This document shows, one piece after another, positions 26,119-40,100 of a stretch of 57,842 bases of DNA (positions are counted from its first letter, which is position 1; each line of letters begins with the position of its first letter). This DNA comes from Nemertoderma westbladi (Eukaryota; Animalia; Xenacoelomorpha). The notes under the pieces were generated by a model, which was given only the letters and a program-made list of their open reading frames with translations, was not told where the DNA came from and did no database searches. The stretch is from contig JAUCBJ010005723.1 in the NCBI GenBank assembly GCA_032718475.1, forward strand, positions 1-57,842. Reading direction: 5' to 3'. A program made the translations under genes and the position numbers.

Positions 26119-26599
26119 GTAACGGTAGTTCATTTGTTTGTCTATGTCGAGCGATATATGTAGCTGATTTAGGATGTTTTAGAAACTGATTAACATTCGT
26201 AACGTCATCATACAGCCAATTTAATTAATTATATTAAATTTGGACTGATCTAATATATTGCCTATAAATATACTGTATATACTTGCAGTACACAAGCCCA
26301 TAGTATAAGCTTGAGTACGTTAATTATAGTCACAGTACAGTAAAGCATTGGATGGCCTTCAAATTCCTATAATATAATAAATTCCAAGAAATTCCTGCAA
26401 AGGTCAAACACAGGATCTATCATGGCATTATTGAAACAGGATCTATTATCTATTTATTGTGTTTAAAATCAGTTTGTCTATATACCCTCCACCCCCTTCT
26501 CCCCACCACCACATTATTAACGGCCATGAAATTTGGAAATGCCCCCCCCCCCCCCCCTCCTCACAAAGCTGTACAAATTTGATGAGTACCACCCGGTGT

Positions 26600-26740
26600 T
26601 CGGACACTTCGCCCCCCGGACACTTCCCCCCCCCCCGGACAGTTCCCCCCCGCTCAAGTAGGACACTTCCCCCCGGACACTTCCCCCCCAGACACTTCCC
26701 CCCCAGACACTTCCCCCCCCCCCCCGGACACTTCCCCCCT
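26600..26740. repeat. GGACACTTCCCCCC short tandem repeats (probable subterminal repeats of a DNA element; G-rich on the minus strand)
   Basis: About 7 copies of (G/A)GACACTTC(C)n. Confidence 0.7.
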
Positions 26741-26884
26741 TAACTTCGCACATTCGTATTTTTCATTTTGTAAGGTAAACCGCTTGTATCCAGATAAGTT
26801 GTATCCAATTTTCGTTTCGTAGCTCAGAAAGTGATCTTTTGCATCCCGATTTTACATTTTATTTAATTAAATCATTAAATCATT

Positions 26885-27264
26885 CCACTCTGTTTCCTAA
26901 AGGATTGCCTGTTCACCACCATTGGTGATCTTCCACAGTAAACCCTTCCACTCTGTTTCCTAAAGGAATACCTGTTCCCCACCATGGGTGATCTTCCACA
27001 TTAAACCCTTCCACTCTGTTTCCTAAAGGAATGCCTCTTCACCACCATGGGTGATCTTCCACAGTAAACCCTTCCACTCTGTTTCCTAAAGGAATGCCTG
27101 TTCACCACCATGGGTGATCTTCCACAGTAAACCATTCCACTCTGTTTCCTATAGGAATGCCTGTTCACCACCATGGGTGATCTTCCACAGTAAATCCTTC
27201 CACTCTGTTTCCTAAAGGAATGCCTGTTCACCACCATGGGTGATCTTCCACAGCAAACCTTTCC
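26885..27264. repeat. 63-bp tandem repeat x6
   Basis: Units start at 26885, 26948, 27011, 27074, 27137 and 27200. Confidence 0.95.
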
Positions 27265-27424
27265 AATGGTTCTCATTTATCGACAAGTAAAGGGTGAAAA
27301 CCTGGGTAGAACTAGTCTGTAGCATTTAAAGCTCCGTTCCCAAACAGTACTGCGACGTCCAGGGATCGAACCTGGGGCTACCTAAATGAAAGCCCAGATT
27401 GTTATCATTAGACCATGCGGTTGC
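27265..27424 (-). mobile_element. tRNA(Glu)-like SINE head and body, running into the 63-bp array
   Basis: Minus strand: TGGTCTAATG A-box, CTTTCA loop, GGTTCGATCCC B-box. Confidence 0.7.
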
Positions 27425-27561
27425 ATAGTCTATGAATTGAATATAACAGTAAACTCTATAAATAAAACTCCATAAATATAACAGTAAACTTTTAACTAAA
27501 ATATGTGATTTAGAGGAACTATGGGAAAGTTGGGGGAAATGTATCCTGTATATAATGGTAG

Positions 27562-27694
27562 TGGCGATAAAGAACCAGGGGCGATAAAGACTTGGGGGCG
27601 ATAAAGAACCAGGGGCGATAAGTTCCTAAAAACTCAGAACAAGGGGGGCGATAAGTTCCCAATAGAAATCCAATTTATAGGGGCGATAAGTTCC
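27562..27694. repeat. GGGGCGATAA(A)G short repeats
   Basis: 6 copies within about 130 bp; typical of the subterminal repeats of a DNA element. Confidence 0.65.
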
Positions 27695-28209
27695 TGCTTC
27701 GTTTGTATTTACATAATTTAATTAACGTTGAATCGGCCTTCACATTGTTTTTTTGGTATCCTCGATTGATTTTGCCTATATACTTAATTGATTTATATCA
27801 TATATGTATTAATCCCCTCCCCCCTACAACTTTCTCCCCATCCACACTGAATTAATGTTTTAATTGGAAATAAAAACACCATCAAGTATACTGAGACCCA
27901 TAGTGGCTATATGGCCTTCCTTTTTGAACCGAGATGGGATAACAAACAACGTACATACATACGTTCACACAATCGTCAATATAATTTTCACTGATTGGTT
28001 CACTAGATTTTGATTGAAAGTTTGAGGAAATTAGTCACCAAAATTGCGGATACGAAGGGCTTTTCGGTACATTATTTACGCTTCTTTCCCTCAGCGGAAG
28101 AGGACTGTATTGTATGGCAGCGGTTCGCGCAAACGTTGTTTGGGTTCGGGCGTCACGGATTAGTATGCGAGCATCGTGCAGTCCGCGTACAGTGTAGGTG
28201 TGTGGGTGT

Positions 28210-28240
<31 letters not shown>

Positions 28241-30951
28241 GGGGCAGTGCCGTCCTATGTAGCACTTCACCCTTTTCCAGTATATCCTTTAATATTGGTA
28301 TTGGGTGGGGTGTGTGAATCTTCAATCATATCATACACGATACGAAAGAAACTGACAGTTTTGTACAATGTATGCACATATTATGCTGTTTGAAGGAGGG
28401 AGGAGGGGGGTGGTTCCATGCTCTCTCTATCCGGTATTACATACCGGTATACAGTATGTAGGACTACTTTCGCTCTATTAAATATTAAAATAATAATAGG
28501 AGGCTATTTAACCGTCCTTCCTTACAGTTCCATCCAACATTATCATATGCAACATCCAATTTAGCTTATCCATAAACAGTGACTGTAAACAGCCAAGTTG
28601 GTGAATCAGGATGCTCGCCGGATAAAAACCTAAAATCACAAACCTCATTAAAGTTAATACTTCGGAGTTCCAATTAGGACGTATCAAGCTTAAACGCTTA
28701 ATTTTTTTTTATTTTTTATGGGCGTGGTCCGTAGCTACTAGTAGAAGCTACGTACACATTCGGTTTTAGATATACGCCATTGGTTAGAGGATAATGGTAA
28801 CGGGCAGGGGGTTTGTTTATCACAAGTTATTCTCTATTAATCGTGATTTATTCTCCACATATGGGCACGAAGTGACTCAGAGGTTATATTTCTGCCAAGC
28901 TGCATTTCAATTAATCATTGCAAGCATATTCGACCTATTGCATATACGTGTTTGGTTTACGGTTACGCCCTGACTATACAGTTATGATACCTGATACCTC
29001 AACATAAAATATAATTGAGGAAGATTTGAATAGCGAATATCATAAATTTCTTATTTAAAAAATAGAAATAAATTGAAAAGAAAGATGAAAATTATGGAAT
29101 TTGGTATATGATATATATTTATTTGGTATTATTTGGTATATGATTTGGTATATTTGGTTAACTGGTATATCAACAAGTGCTATTCCTGGTTTGTGTATAT
29201 GAGAGTGCGAGCTAAAATATGGATCACATCACACACTTTTTGGTAAACGCAAGTGAAGTTATCCTTGAGATCCCTATAATACTCAATGTTTCAAATTAAA
29301 ACTAAATATATTGTATTTACCACAGTAGATTAGTTTGAAATAAAACCCAATGTCAACTTGTAGATATCGATAAACTTTGTACCCAATAAAATATTCCCAA
29401 AGTTTACCCGTCGCTTCAAGTTACAATAGTAATGAGGTATTGTTTCGGCAGCGTGACTTTCTCGCATTACAGATGGCCAGAGTCCCATATTCCTCGACGT
29501 AATAAGGCTTTAAGGAGTCAAATCTCCAATTAAAACAGACTCGCTCTTGGGGTTGGAAACAGAAACAGTACCGCGTGTGATAGATAATATTCGATTAACG
29601 GGACAGTAGTCGTAACCATTGTCACGCGGGATGACTCTGGCTGGCCCACTGATGAGTATGAACTATCCAGCTGGCGTCCATTCATTAATGAACACAGTCG
29701 GCGCTTTATGCATATTTTCTGATAAAAGTGAGCGCGTGGCTTCCTGACAAGCCTCATGTATTTGTATATATATCGTGTCGGAACCCACCTTTTCCACGAG
29801 CAATCCAATTTACGGTTGTAGTGTAGTTGGTTCGCGTTTGTTACGTGCGAACCGCCTTCCCCCCCAGCAACCAACCAGCCCGTTCCAGTCAATAGCCACG
29901 CGCATACGGAAGCCTTTAATGATTCTACCGCCTTAAAAACGACTTCACATGACTTCAGCCATTGTGTTTAGTTAGCCTGTTTTTTATTATATCCCTTTGC
30001 GGAGTGCGGAGGTTGTTTTTAAGGCTTGATTTTTTTTTAATCTCGGATTTGAATCAATCAGGTAAGTGTTTCGTTAACAATACATCATAATACTGTATGG
30101 TATACATGGAACTTACAATGATGCATCATATTATATAGCTTGGGTAATAGATAAAGGACGGCAAATGACGGCATGGGTAGCAGGTGTAGCTTTGCTAAGT
30201 CTAATCACCATTATTGACACGGTATATAGTGTCGTATGCTTTGAGTAGTGTTACATTATACAGTACATCACTACAAACTAATGACAAGCAATTATTTCGA
30301 AGGCAATTTCAAATTGTACACATAATTGCCATATAGGTTTATTTATTTATTCGTAAAATTCATCACTTTAATCGCAGTGAATGGCGCATCTGTAAAAAAA
30401 AGTATACTTTACTGACTGCCGGTAACTTTTCTTACTGATGGGTTATTTACTTCTGTTGTATAGTTATATGTAGGCCTATATTTTTTCTCAGCCTATACGA
30501 CTAATATTTAATACTGGCTATGCTACAGTAATAATACTATTAGTGACAACACTACCTGCACTCGCTGAAAATTTAGTGATATGACTTGTTGATGATAAAT
30601 TAAATTTTTTAAGTTACATGTGTAGGAACAACAAAATTATTTTTTACGTCTTTGCTTTTATTTATCTTATTTACCTTTTGATATTTGACAAAATTATAAT
30701 TTTATTACGAAGTACCCGGTTTGTTGGTTTTATACTGTAGGCCTACTTTTCAGCTTCTACACTAGTAAACCAACCAACTTTGTATTCTTAGTCTATTTTC
30801 TTATATTTGAAATATTTCGGCAATTCAAATATTGAATTTTAATTAATTAGTAAACGTTTTGCCCATTCTATTTTAGTACCTTGAATTATTATTATAATAC
30901 TATATTATATTTACGCTATAATTAGACATGTAACCCCCATTGGTTCTATAG

Positions 30952-31031
30952 GTTGTGCTTTCATAAAATTTAAAGAACGTGAGGACGCTATCAATGCTAT
31001 CAATGCCATGCACCACAGTTTGACAATGCCC
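30952..31031 (+). CDS. CELF4: CELF exon C (RRM2 RNP1: GCAFIKFKEREDAINAINAMHHSLTMP)
   Basis: tctatag|GT...CCC|gtgagt; completes RNP1 KGCAFIKF; phase 1-0; too short for the ORF track. Confidence 0.95.
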
Positions 31032-34000
31032 GTGAGTCTGTCATCAATGTTGGAGTCAATGTTATTTGCCTTTAAGTGTATCATTGCACCCGTTCCCAGT
31101 GTTTACTATAAATATAATAGACGAATGCTACAGATTATTTCAAATAATATGTCCATCAACATTACTTGATATTTTATGTGCTGTGTTGCGCGCTATGCAT
31201 TCTGCTGTTTATTGTTTGTCTTGTGCTATGTGTGTGTAGGCCTATTGTATATATTTATTTTGTCTAATCAATTTCGTCAAATCTTAAATGTTTTTTTGTG
31301 TTTTTTGTTCATAAAAATCAATGCAAGATTTTTAAATAATAAATTATATAAGTGTTGCACTTATATAACAGATTTCGAAGTATTTAAATATTTCAGGAAT
31401 GTATAAATTATCTATAATTAAGTATCTTGTAATGTTACTGTATATTTATTGATTTGGCATTACTGCAGTATGAAGATGTTTCATTTTTGTAATTTACCCT
31501 ATCATCCGCGTAGGGTCGGGATTAGAATCTACAGAATTGATTATAAAATTAATAAAAAAACACAAACTTAACGGGGATGATATCAATAATCTATATTGGC
31601 ACTCTCCCAGTCCACATCTGTTACCGTTTTTATTCGATACTCGAAACCTTACTTAACACTGTAGGTTGTACATCTTGTATGTCATGTAGATCTCTCTTTA
31701 ATTCTATTTATTTTTTCTTTAATACACACAATTTTATTTGAATTCACTTTATTTAACTCCAACACTATTTATTTTTTTTCAATACTCTCTCATTTATTTT
31801 AATATACTTTGACACCCTTAATTTACTTTAATCGTGACTTTTTTTTTACTTTATTTCACTTTCCTGTTCACCAGGTTTCTGAATTGTCTCGAACGTGCTT
31901 AACCTGTAGTAGCACAGTGTGTAGTGTATGTTATGTTTATACTACTGTATATGATACATGATGGTGTATCTTATAGATCCATTCAATGCCATCAGGAAGT
32001 CGTTTCATAGTCATGTACACTAGCCTACCGCTAATGGGCGAAGATAATTCAATCGAATCCAAATTGCGTCTTCCATCGACGATCTGGCTACCCTACCCAG
32101 GCCAGTTTGTTATAATGGAGAACAGTACGCATATAGTATTACAGTCTTAGAGTATATTATAGTGAAGTTTTGCATTGCCTAATGTACCCCTAATGATCTG
32201 CTCTTTATCAAAGTACTTTTTTAGGGTTTATTGTAGCACGGTAGGGTAGAGTTTATTGTAGTACGGTAGGGTGTCCCTTTCTGGTGTATTCAGACAGGAT
32301 GATGTAGATGTAGGCATACATACATCCCTCGACTATTATACACCCACACAAAGAAGTATTATTGGTAGCTGTAAAAGATATTGGTACCCGGCGTAAATCA
32401 GTTATCTGCGTAACCTAATAAATATTTGATTGTCTGAGATTGTCCACTCTGTACTCGTACTGCTGGCCGTCATATAGTACAGAATTTTATATACAGTACA
32501 GATAGATTAAATACCTCCATCGCTTTATCAATTCTACCCTTGTGCGAGATAATCTGTAAGCATCCCAGTACGAGCTGCACGCACAGACGATATACTACAC
32601 TGCTGGGGTGATTTACTGATTCGGAATATGGCGCATTCCAAGGGCGGGCATTCTGCTGATACCATACGGGCCTTTAATCTACTATACGCCTACAAGCTAT
32701 GCGCATTGGGCTCCAGTTTCTGTCAATATTTGCATGCATCGAACCCACGTACCGTAGCCCCACTAGATTGCAGCTTCGTGCTTCAAGCTAATATTTCCAT
32801 CTCCATGACCAACCAATTACCGAGAAAATGCCCCAGTGATCGCAAGCCGCATATTATTAGAAGTCTTAGGTGATTTCGACTAAAGGACTCGAAAACTTAT
32901 CTGCGGTAGTTATAATCCGACATTGCTGTTGGCAACTTCGCTTCCTGGCTATTAGTATTAGTGCAATGAAACCTAGGCAAATTGGCCTGTAAAATATTCA
33001 TCATTTTTTCCCCAGCACCATCACGTTAATGTACTCCTGCCGGCGGCCTGCCACCACCCCATACTCCGAGCCGAGGAAGGAAACACGCGTGACTGTCATT
33101 GTCATGACTTTTTATGCACACGCCGCACTCTGCCTGCGTGCAGCAGACCAGTCCAGTCCATTAGTGTGATTTTGAATTATGCCCCTCCTAAATTGACATG
33201 AAAGGGGTTGTGGAAGGTCAATCACAGATGTAACCCTTTTGAGAATTTGTCTGTTACCACATCATTTCTTTGCTGTTTCTGACATTTTTTGTTGAACTAT
33301 ATTGTACTGTATGATTCTCATAATTTGTTTATTGCTTTGTATTACTCGAGAAAGTTAATGCTTTTTTAAATATGTGAATATATTGTCACTGCCAATGCAG
33401 AACAAATGTATTATGTTTGGTCCGTACGTTATAGCTTTCGCTATTCTTGGCTTCTCTGTACTTGGCAAATAATATACACGACACATGGAGAACGCAGGAG
33501 GTGGGTTGGAGCTTGGTGTTAGGCGTGCTGGAGACGTTGTTGAAATTATATACCAATCATAGAATCATGCATTCAAAAATAGGCCCGTTTTTCAAATGTC
33601 TCTGTATGCATTTAGGGGTGTGTGGTAGGGGTCAGAGGCCATAATTGCCGGTAACCATTAATGATGGCTTCTCTGACCTACACCACACACCTGGGTATTT
33701 GGAGGCCGTCCGGCCCTGGTATGATTGTACGTGCGGCCCTTGTATGATTGTAACTGTACGGTGGTGGCGCGATAGTTCCAGACCGGTTACTAATGTATTT
33801 AATACATTCGTGATTTTATTGATCTTATCACCTCATCATGAATGCAAAACGTGCAACAACCAGAATCTCTTCTCCATCCATCCGAAATCTCGTGTCTATG
33901 TTAAGTATACACTATAGTTCCAGTTATACAACACAACTGGGAATCCACCGTTGAATGCCACCATCATCACCTGCGGCTAACTGATAGTGAATAATGAATG

Positions 34001-35877
34001 AATCTTGACCTGCTGCTGAGAGGATGTAGTTGATACCCCACCATAAATGTGAGGGAAATGACCAAATGATTGGAGAGCCACGAAACACCAGAGGAGTTCA
34101 GAGGGTTCCATCTCTCTCTCCCTCCTACTCTCACAAGGCTCTCTCTTGGCTGCAACCTACTAAAGGCAGGGTGTGGTGCCACTCACTCCCACACACCACA
34201 CACCCTGGGGTAGGATGCAAAACAACACCATATAGTAAACAGTTAATGGTTCACAATTTACTATGGAATTATTTTTGCTATGCAAAATAATAAGTAGAAA
34301 TAATGCAGTAAAAAGTATTAACTATATAGTAAAAAGTGTTAAGGATGTAGTACAAGTTGTGGCATCAGTCGGGAATTAATGAACCAGTTAGGCCCATTGC
34401 ATATGATACTGAAAGTTTTTGACCATGGTAATGTCGATTATTATTTGTTTGTAACTAACTGTATATAGGGAGGAAGTTTAAAAGCTGATAAGCAAACCGA
34501 ACATGAAATAACTTTACTACAATCATGGGTTAGAGAAAATGAACAATATGGTTCTTTTCATAACTATATGGCATTTTTTGCATAAAGTATATTGTGTAAC
34601 GAATTTTTAACTATGTAGTAGTTGCTAATTTTTTTCATCCCAGTCACAGCCACTATCTTTAACACTCTCACTACAATATACCTCCAACCAAGCAATTTTA
34701 TTTAATAGCATCTAAAGATCTTAATTACTACCAGTAGGCTATGAAGTTAATGTAACGTGAAAATGGCTAAAGGGTCGAGGAAAAACACAATCGGAAATGT
34801 GGGACGTAAATAGCAACGTTTGGTCAATTGAGAGCCCAACTTGTTTGTCTGTTGAAACTCTTTACGATATCCCGCCCAGTCAGCATGAGTCCATCTACTC
34901 TTAGTCATAAGAGATGATGTGTCCTTGAGAAGTCACATGATGAATGTCATTATGGTTGGCCTCCAGATTTGTTTATTACTTAACCACGCAGGCAGCCGCT
35001 CCACAACTTTATTTACTGGTGCGTGAGCCCTGCGATGCAGTGACAGGCATACTGTGTAGTTGTGATGTCACTGTGATGATTATTTATCTAGATTTATTTC
35101 CCTGATATTTTGGTTTTTCCGCTTATTTTTAACCCAAAGGACAGGAAATAGTTTCACTTTCATGTTCCGGGGAATAAGGAAACCCTCCACTGTTTCAGTA
35201 TATATCACATGACAGAAATGATTATTATATTATTATTGTCTTATACCAGCAGTAATTTATAAACATATTTCAGAGATGAAAAGCCATTTTATATGATCAT
35301 AATAACAACCAGCTATGGCATATTATTGCGTCACTATGCATTTTATACGTATTATCACTGTGGTGCATGTACATACGTACAGCTTAGCTACATGTCTGTA
35401 TGTCACATAAGCCAGTTTGTTTCTCTGTTAATTAGTTACTGTATATTATTTTACTTTGTATAGTAAGGTAATGTTTATAGTAACTCTAGAATAGCTGCTG
35501 CCCATGAAAGGTATGTGGCTTGTTTTTGCCATTACGATCATGTCCAGTCCATTATACCTGAGGGAGGGATTACTTGAATACATTTCATATTGATTACGCG
35601 AGTTAATTATCGTAGCTGCCTTGGTTAGGGTAGGACAGTGATAAATAATAAACGATCTCTCTAGGTAAGACGAAGTTAGCAACAATAACTACTGTACTGC
35701 GTATCTTTGTATATATTATACTGCCTGATATTCCCTAATGGACTTTATCTGTATTCTAATCTCATCATATCCTCCTAGTTCATACACAATTTATTTCTAA
35801 TCACGTAGATGTATATACCTACATCTCTCCTTATGCGGATCATCCCTCCACATCTCTTTGTAGATCCACTTGAGTCA

Positions 35878-36366
35878 GTAGATCGTCATTTCCCGTAGAT
35901 CCACATTTTCCCGAAGATCCACATTTTCCCGAAGATCCACATTTTCCCATAGATCCACATTTTCCCATAGATCCACATTTTCCCATAGATCCACATTTTC
36001 CCATAGATCCACATTTTCCCATAGATCCACATTTCCCGTAGATCCACATTTCCCGTAGATCCACATTTCCCGTAGATCCACATTTTCCCGTAGATCCACA
36101 TTTTCCTATAGATCCACATTTTCCCATAGATCCACATTTCCCGTAGATCCACATTTCCCGTAGATCCACATTTCCCGTAGATCCACATTTTCCCATAGAT
36201 CCACATTTCCCGTAGATCCACATTTCCCGTAGATCCACATTTTCCCGTAGATCCACATTTTCCCGTAGATCCACATTTTCCCGTAGATCCACATTTTCCC
36301 ATAGCTCCACATTTTCCCGTTGATCCACATTTTCCCGTAGATCCATATTTTCCCGAAGATCCACAT
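35878..36366. repeat. 17/18-bp minisatellite (TAGATCCACATTTTCCC[A/G]), about 27 copies
   Basis: Read directly; ends 22 nt before the acceptor of CELF exon D. Confidence 0.97.
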
Positions 36367-36388
36367 CTCTCCGTTATCCTCCCCACAG

Positions 36389-36583
36389 GGCGCTTCTTCA
36401 CCTATGGTAGTTAAATTCGCCGACACGGAGAAGCAACGTATGGTACGTAGGATGCAGCAGCAAGTCAGCCAACAAGTAGCGACATTCGGACCCACAGCCA
36501 CCCCCCTTGCCGGCCCTACAGCCGCTATGACATTCGCCGCACCCTTCGGCAGCCCCACACCCTACAGCGCATACGCAGCCCAG
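36389..36583 (+). CDS. CELF4: CELF exon D (GASSPMVVKFADTEKQRMVRRMQQ...YAAQ; end of RRM2 and start of linker)
   Basis: ccacag|GGC...CAG|gttagt; CELF motif GASSxxVVKFADTEK; 195 nt, phase 0-0. Confidence 0.95.
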
Positions 36584-36677
36584 GTTAGTGTATTAATGAT
36601 AAGTAACAATGTGTTAGCAAGCTATATATTTATTATACGGAACTGATCTAGGTGTCTTAACCCCGAAGGATAAGTGT

Positions 36678-36881
36678 ATTTTTACCGATACTAACTTATC
36701 TTTTATTGGTTCTATTGTAGGACTAATCTACGGAAGCCCAGAAGGGTCATGTTGCACACACAAAAAATCTTAGAAATGATTGCATATTTTGTGTGCGCAA
36801 CATGGCCCTTCTGTGCTTCCGTACTAATCCCATCACATACGTGCTTGAGCCAATAAAAGATAAGTTATTTTTTGTAAAAAT
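36678..36881. mobile_element. Small palindromic MITE(s)
   Basis: TACGGAAGCCCAGAAGGG...CCCTTCTGTGCTTCCGTA inside outer arms AACTTATCTTTTATTGG / CCAATAAAAGATAAGTT. Confidence 0.7.
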
Positions 36882-36939
36882 ATCTTGGCATTCGAGGTTA
36901 GGACCCTAGATCAGTTCCTTAGTAAATGTAGGTTAGTAC

Positions 36940-38122
36940 TAGGGATGCGACAGAGCTCCGGCTCCGGAAATCCGGAGCTCCGGGCCAATTTTCTAGTTCC
37001 GGCTCTGGTTCCGGCTCCGGGCAAATTAACCCGGAGCCAATCCGGAGCTCATGTTGTTGAAATTTGAATTAAAATAATAAGTTTTTCTGATGTATGAATA
37101 ATGTAAATATCATAGTAATTAACATAATAACTCATTAAGTAATTTACAGCTTGTTTTTTTAAGTTTCCTGATAAACCCCCACCCACCCTTGAGAAATTGT
37201 TTAAATATTTAGACAAAAACATTGAAATGATTCAGTTAATTCAATTAATATTCTTCCCTAATTAAAAATATTAAATACTGTACATGTACTCTCGTTTCGT
37301 TCGTCAGTCTATAGAACCCCAATTCCACTGACCCCCACCCCCATCCACAACAGGTTGGTACTGTTCATGTCGTTTTTTCAGTCGAGAAGGGTGCAGGTTA
37401 TATAGTGACGGACCGGTATTATTCTAACGAGACTCGATAGCACATGTTACAGATTAATTTTATACTAGTAATCATAGCTGTTGTAACTAAGGATCTATTG
37501 TCGCAGGACATTATGTCACGGGACCTAACGACTATAGGACCTATGACGTATTACCTGACATAAATTATAGACATAATTAGCGATGGTCATAATAATGTCC
37601 TGCGTTGTTTTGATGTCGGTAGAGTATCACCCCCCCCCCCCCCCCCCCCCCCCAATATAATTTTTTGGCTTCGTCACGATACCCATTGGTTGATGTACCA
37701 TTTTACAGCAGGGAGTCTTTGGACGCAATATAAATTCATCCCTTCCCTCTCCAGGGGAAAATCGACGCAAATAACTGCTGATTACTACAAAAAAACTGTA
37801 ACCTGTTATATTGAATATAGTTAGTTTATTGTTTTGATTATAATAGTATGCGACTGTAAATTGCTCATTTCCCTTAATTGATAATTTAACATTGAGGCGA
37901 GATATTAATTCGCCGCGTAAGAAATTGCATCAAATCCCCCCCCCCCCCCCCCCCCATGTCTCATGGACACATATCTGTTTATGTCTAATATAATAATACA
38001 CTGGAATTATCAATCACCAAATCTCCGGCTCCGGCTCCGTCTCTGGCCGGAGCTCATATTGTAATCCGGAGCAACCTCCGGGCTCCGGCTCCGGATGAAA
38101 TTTTAGCTCCGTCGCATCCCTA
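36940..38122. mobile_element. Non-autonomous hAT transposon
   Basis: Perfect 8-bp TSD GTTAGTAC (36932-36939, 38123-38130); TIR TAGGGATGCGAC(A/G)GAGCT; subterminal GCTCCG repeats. Confidence 0.93.
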
Positions 38123-39596
38123 GTTAGTACAGTATATAATATAACATGCTATGCACTGCTACGCATATAAATAAGCTGGATAGTTAGTATTACACAACCG
38201 CTCCGGTACATTTTGAGTCACACATAAAACTCATACGCTGCCTCAAGGTAGATCCACACTGTTCAATGTTGTAATGGAGATGGATTGACATCCAGATGAA
38301 AATAAAAAATAATGAAAAGAAAAGGAAAACTAATGAAATAGTAAAATATGTGTGTGAGGGGGTGGTTTTATAATGGAGGTCATTTTTTAGTCACGCCGCA
38401 ATTATAATTTTGTAGTTAGAAGTTCGTGAATTTTTGGCGAAGGCACTGCGCCACTGTGCCCTAAAATATAGTATTAGAATTTTATTTTACCTACACTTTT
38501 CTGAGTAATTGTCATGTCCCTTTGGCTACTACTACCTAGCAGGCAAGAATTCTGCCAATTCGGTTTTAAAAATTAATATAATTTCATTTAAAAATACTAA
38601 AGAAAAGGAGCAGGTTACAACGGCTGTGTTTTCTAACCAAAACAATAAACAAAACCTTATTTCATATGCCACCAATTTGCGCTGGAGATACTTGTTCCAC
38701 TTGCGGTCAATTTGCGCCACATCTGAGAAATATAATTGGCCATTAATATATTATTATGTTTTAATTTTTGTTAATGTTTTCTTTTGGCTTCGTGCATGCA
38801 TTTCACCTCCACCCACCTGTTGTTGAATGATTTGATAATGCTGGTTGAATTATTAATAAATTATTAATATTGATTTATCTGGCACCGAACTCTTATTGTT
38901 TGTTAGTATGAGGTCAGTCTTGCACACATGAAAAAAGCAGCGATATTTCTTTGCGACACATATTGTATTGCATTGTTTATGCGTAGTGTGATGTCATCAC
39001 CTGTTGTCGCAGTGTTTATCAAACCATCGATTTAATATAATATTATTATGATTCAAGTGTATCATTTATAAAGGTAGAAAAAGTCTTATTTGTCCTACAA
39101 ATAGTAGAAATATGGGGACAGTCCAATTCCAGACACTCAGATAAACTTAATGCCAAATAGGGATTGGTATCCTCATTCAACACAATAAGTTCTACTGAAA
39201 AATGTTTATCAAACCAACAATTATTGAAATCTAGTAATCAAGTAATCCAAAATCTAGTTGGTTACCCATTGAAATTTGACCTGTTTACAATAATATATTT
39301 ATGCCTATTCTCTGAGATGATCATGTTTTCATGTAAGCATTAGATGTACAAAGGCATATTATTCTGGCTTACATTACATCCCTTTACGGCGAAAATCAAT
39401 GTAATCATTACGAATCGCTGGCTGCTCCATAAACCTTTATTAGCTATACCACATGCCGGTTGTCATGCGTGCTAGGCCAACGTGTCCTTGGGTAAACTCA
39501 TCCATATGAGAGTAATTGTATTAGCATAATATCTTTATCTTGCTTTGATTTGCTACGGTTTATCAACAATTTCATGCACGCCCCCTACCGTTTCAG

Positions 39597-39711
39597 ATGA
39601 TTCAACAGCAGCAATTACTAGCTAGTGGGGTTTACGGAAGTCACGTGATGACACCAATATCAACCCCGAATGGCATTGCCACGTTGTCTGCGACCCACGG
39701 TACTCCTAATG
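39597..39711 (+). CDS. CELF4: CELF exon E (linker: MIQQQQLLASGVYGSHVMTPISTPNGIATLSATHGTPNG)
   Basis: tttcag|ATG...AATG|gtgagt; open, Q-rich, phase 0-1 fits its neighbours. Confidence 0.85.
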
Positions 39712-39786
39712 GTGAGTTATACTAATAATGATATAGTTTATCATGATAATTAGAATAATAATAGTGTTTGTCAATCTGTGTTTTAC

Positions 39787-40100
39787 TATTCTCCATAGTT
39801 GTCGCAATTTCGTTTTTCCCAAGTTCAGTATCCCTTTCAAGTTGATCTATATATGTTATGGCCGGTCGTCCACGACTACGCTTTCACTGTGTTGGTTGCT
39901 ATAAAAGTAGATTTGGTATGATCTCATGTTTACTTCGCAGCAGTGCCCACTGAATCTTAATCTCGGTACCATAAAGCTCAAAATGTTGCCTCCACCATAT
40001 CTGATATATATAGCGATTTCGTCTGTGTCCAGGTCTCAACCAGTATAAAAGTACACTTATACGGGAAAGTACATTTTTCAATGTGGCTCGAAATAACTTA
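39787..40100 (-). mobile_element. RTE LINE 3' fragment, same family as 3919-5574
   Basis: Colinear with about 3982-4352 (ATTCTCCATAGTTGTCGCAATTTCG...GTGGCTCGAAA), with deletions. Confidence 0.85.

Noticed and set aside
29641-29680. CTGATGA hammerhead-like or snoRNA-box-like core
   Set aside because: No GAAA with a proper stem II, and no clear C/D box pair.
35840-36558. Minus-strand repetitive ORFs (ENVDLR / GKCGST / MWIYGK)
   Set aside because: Products of the 18-bp minisatellite and the antisense of CELF exon D.
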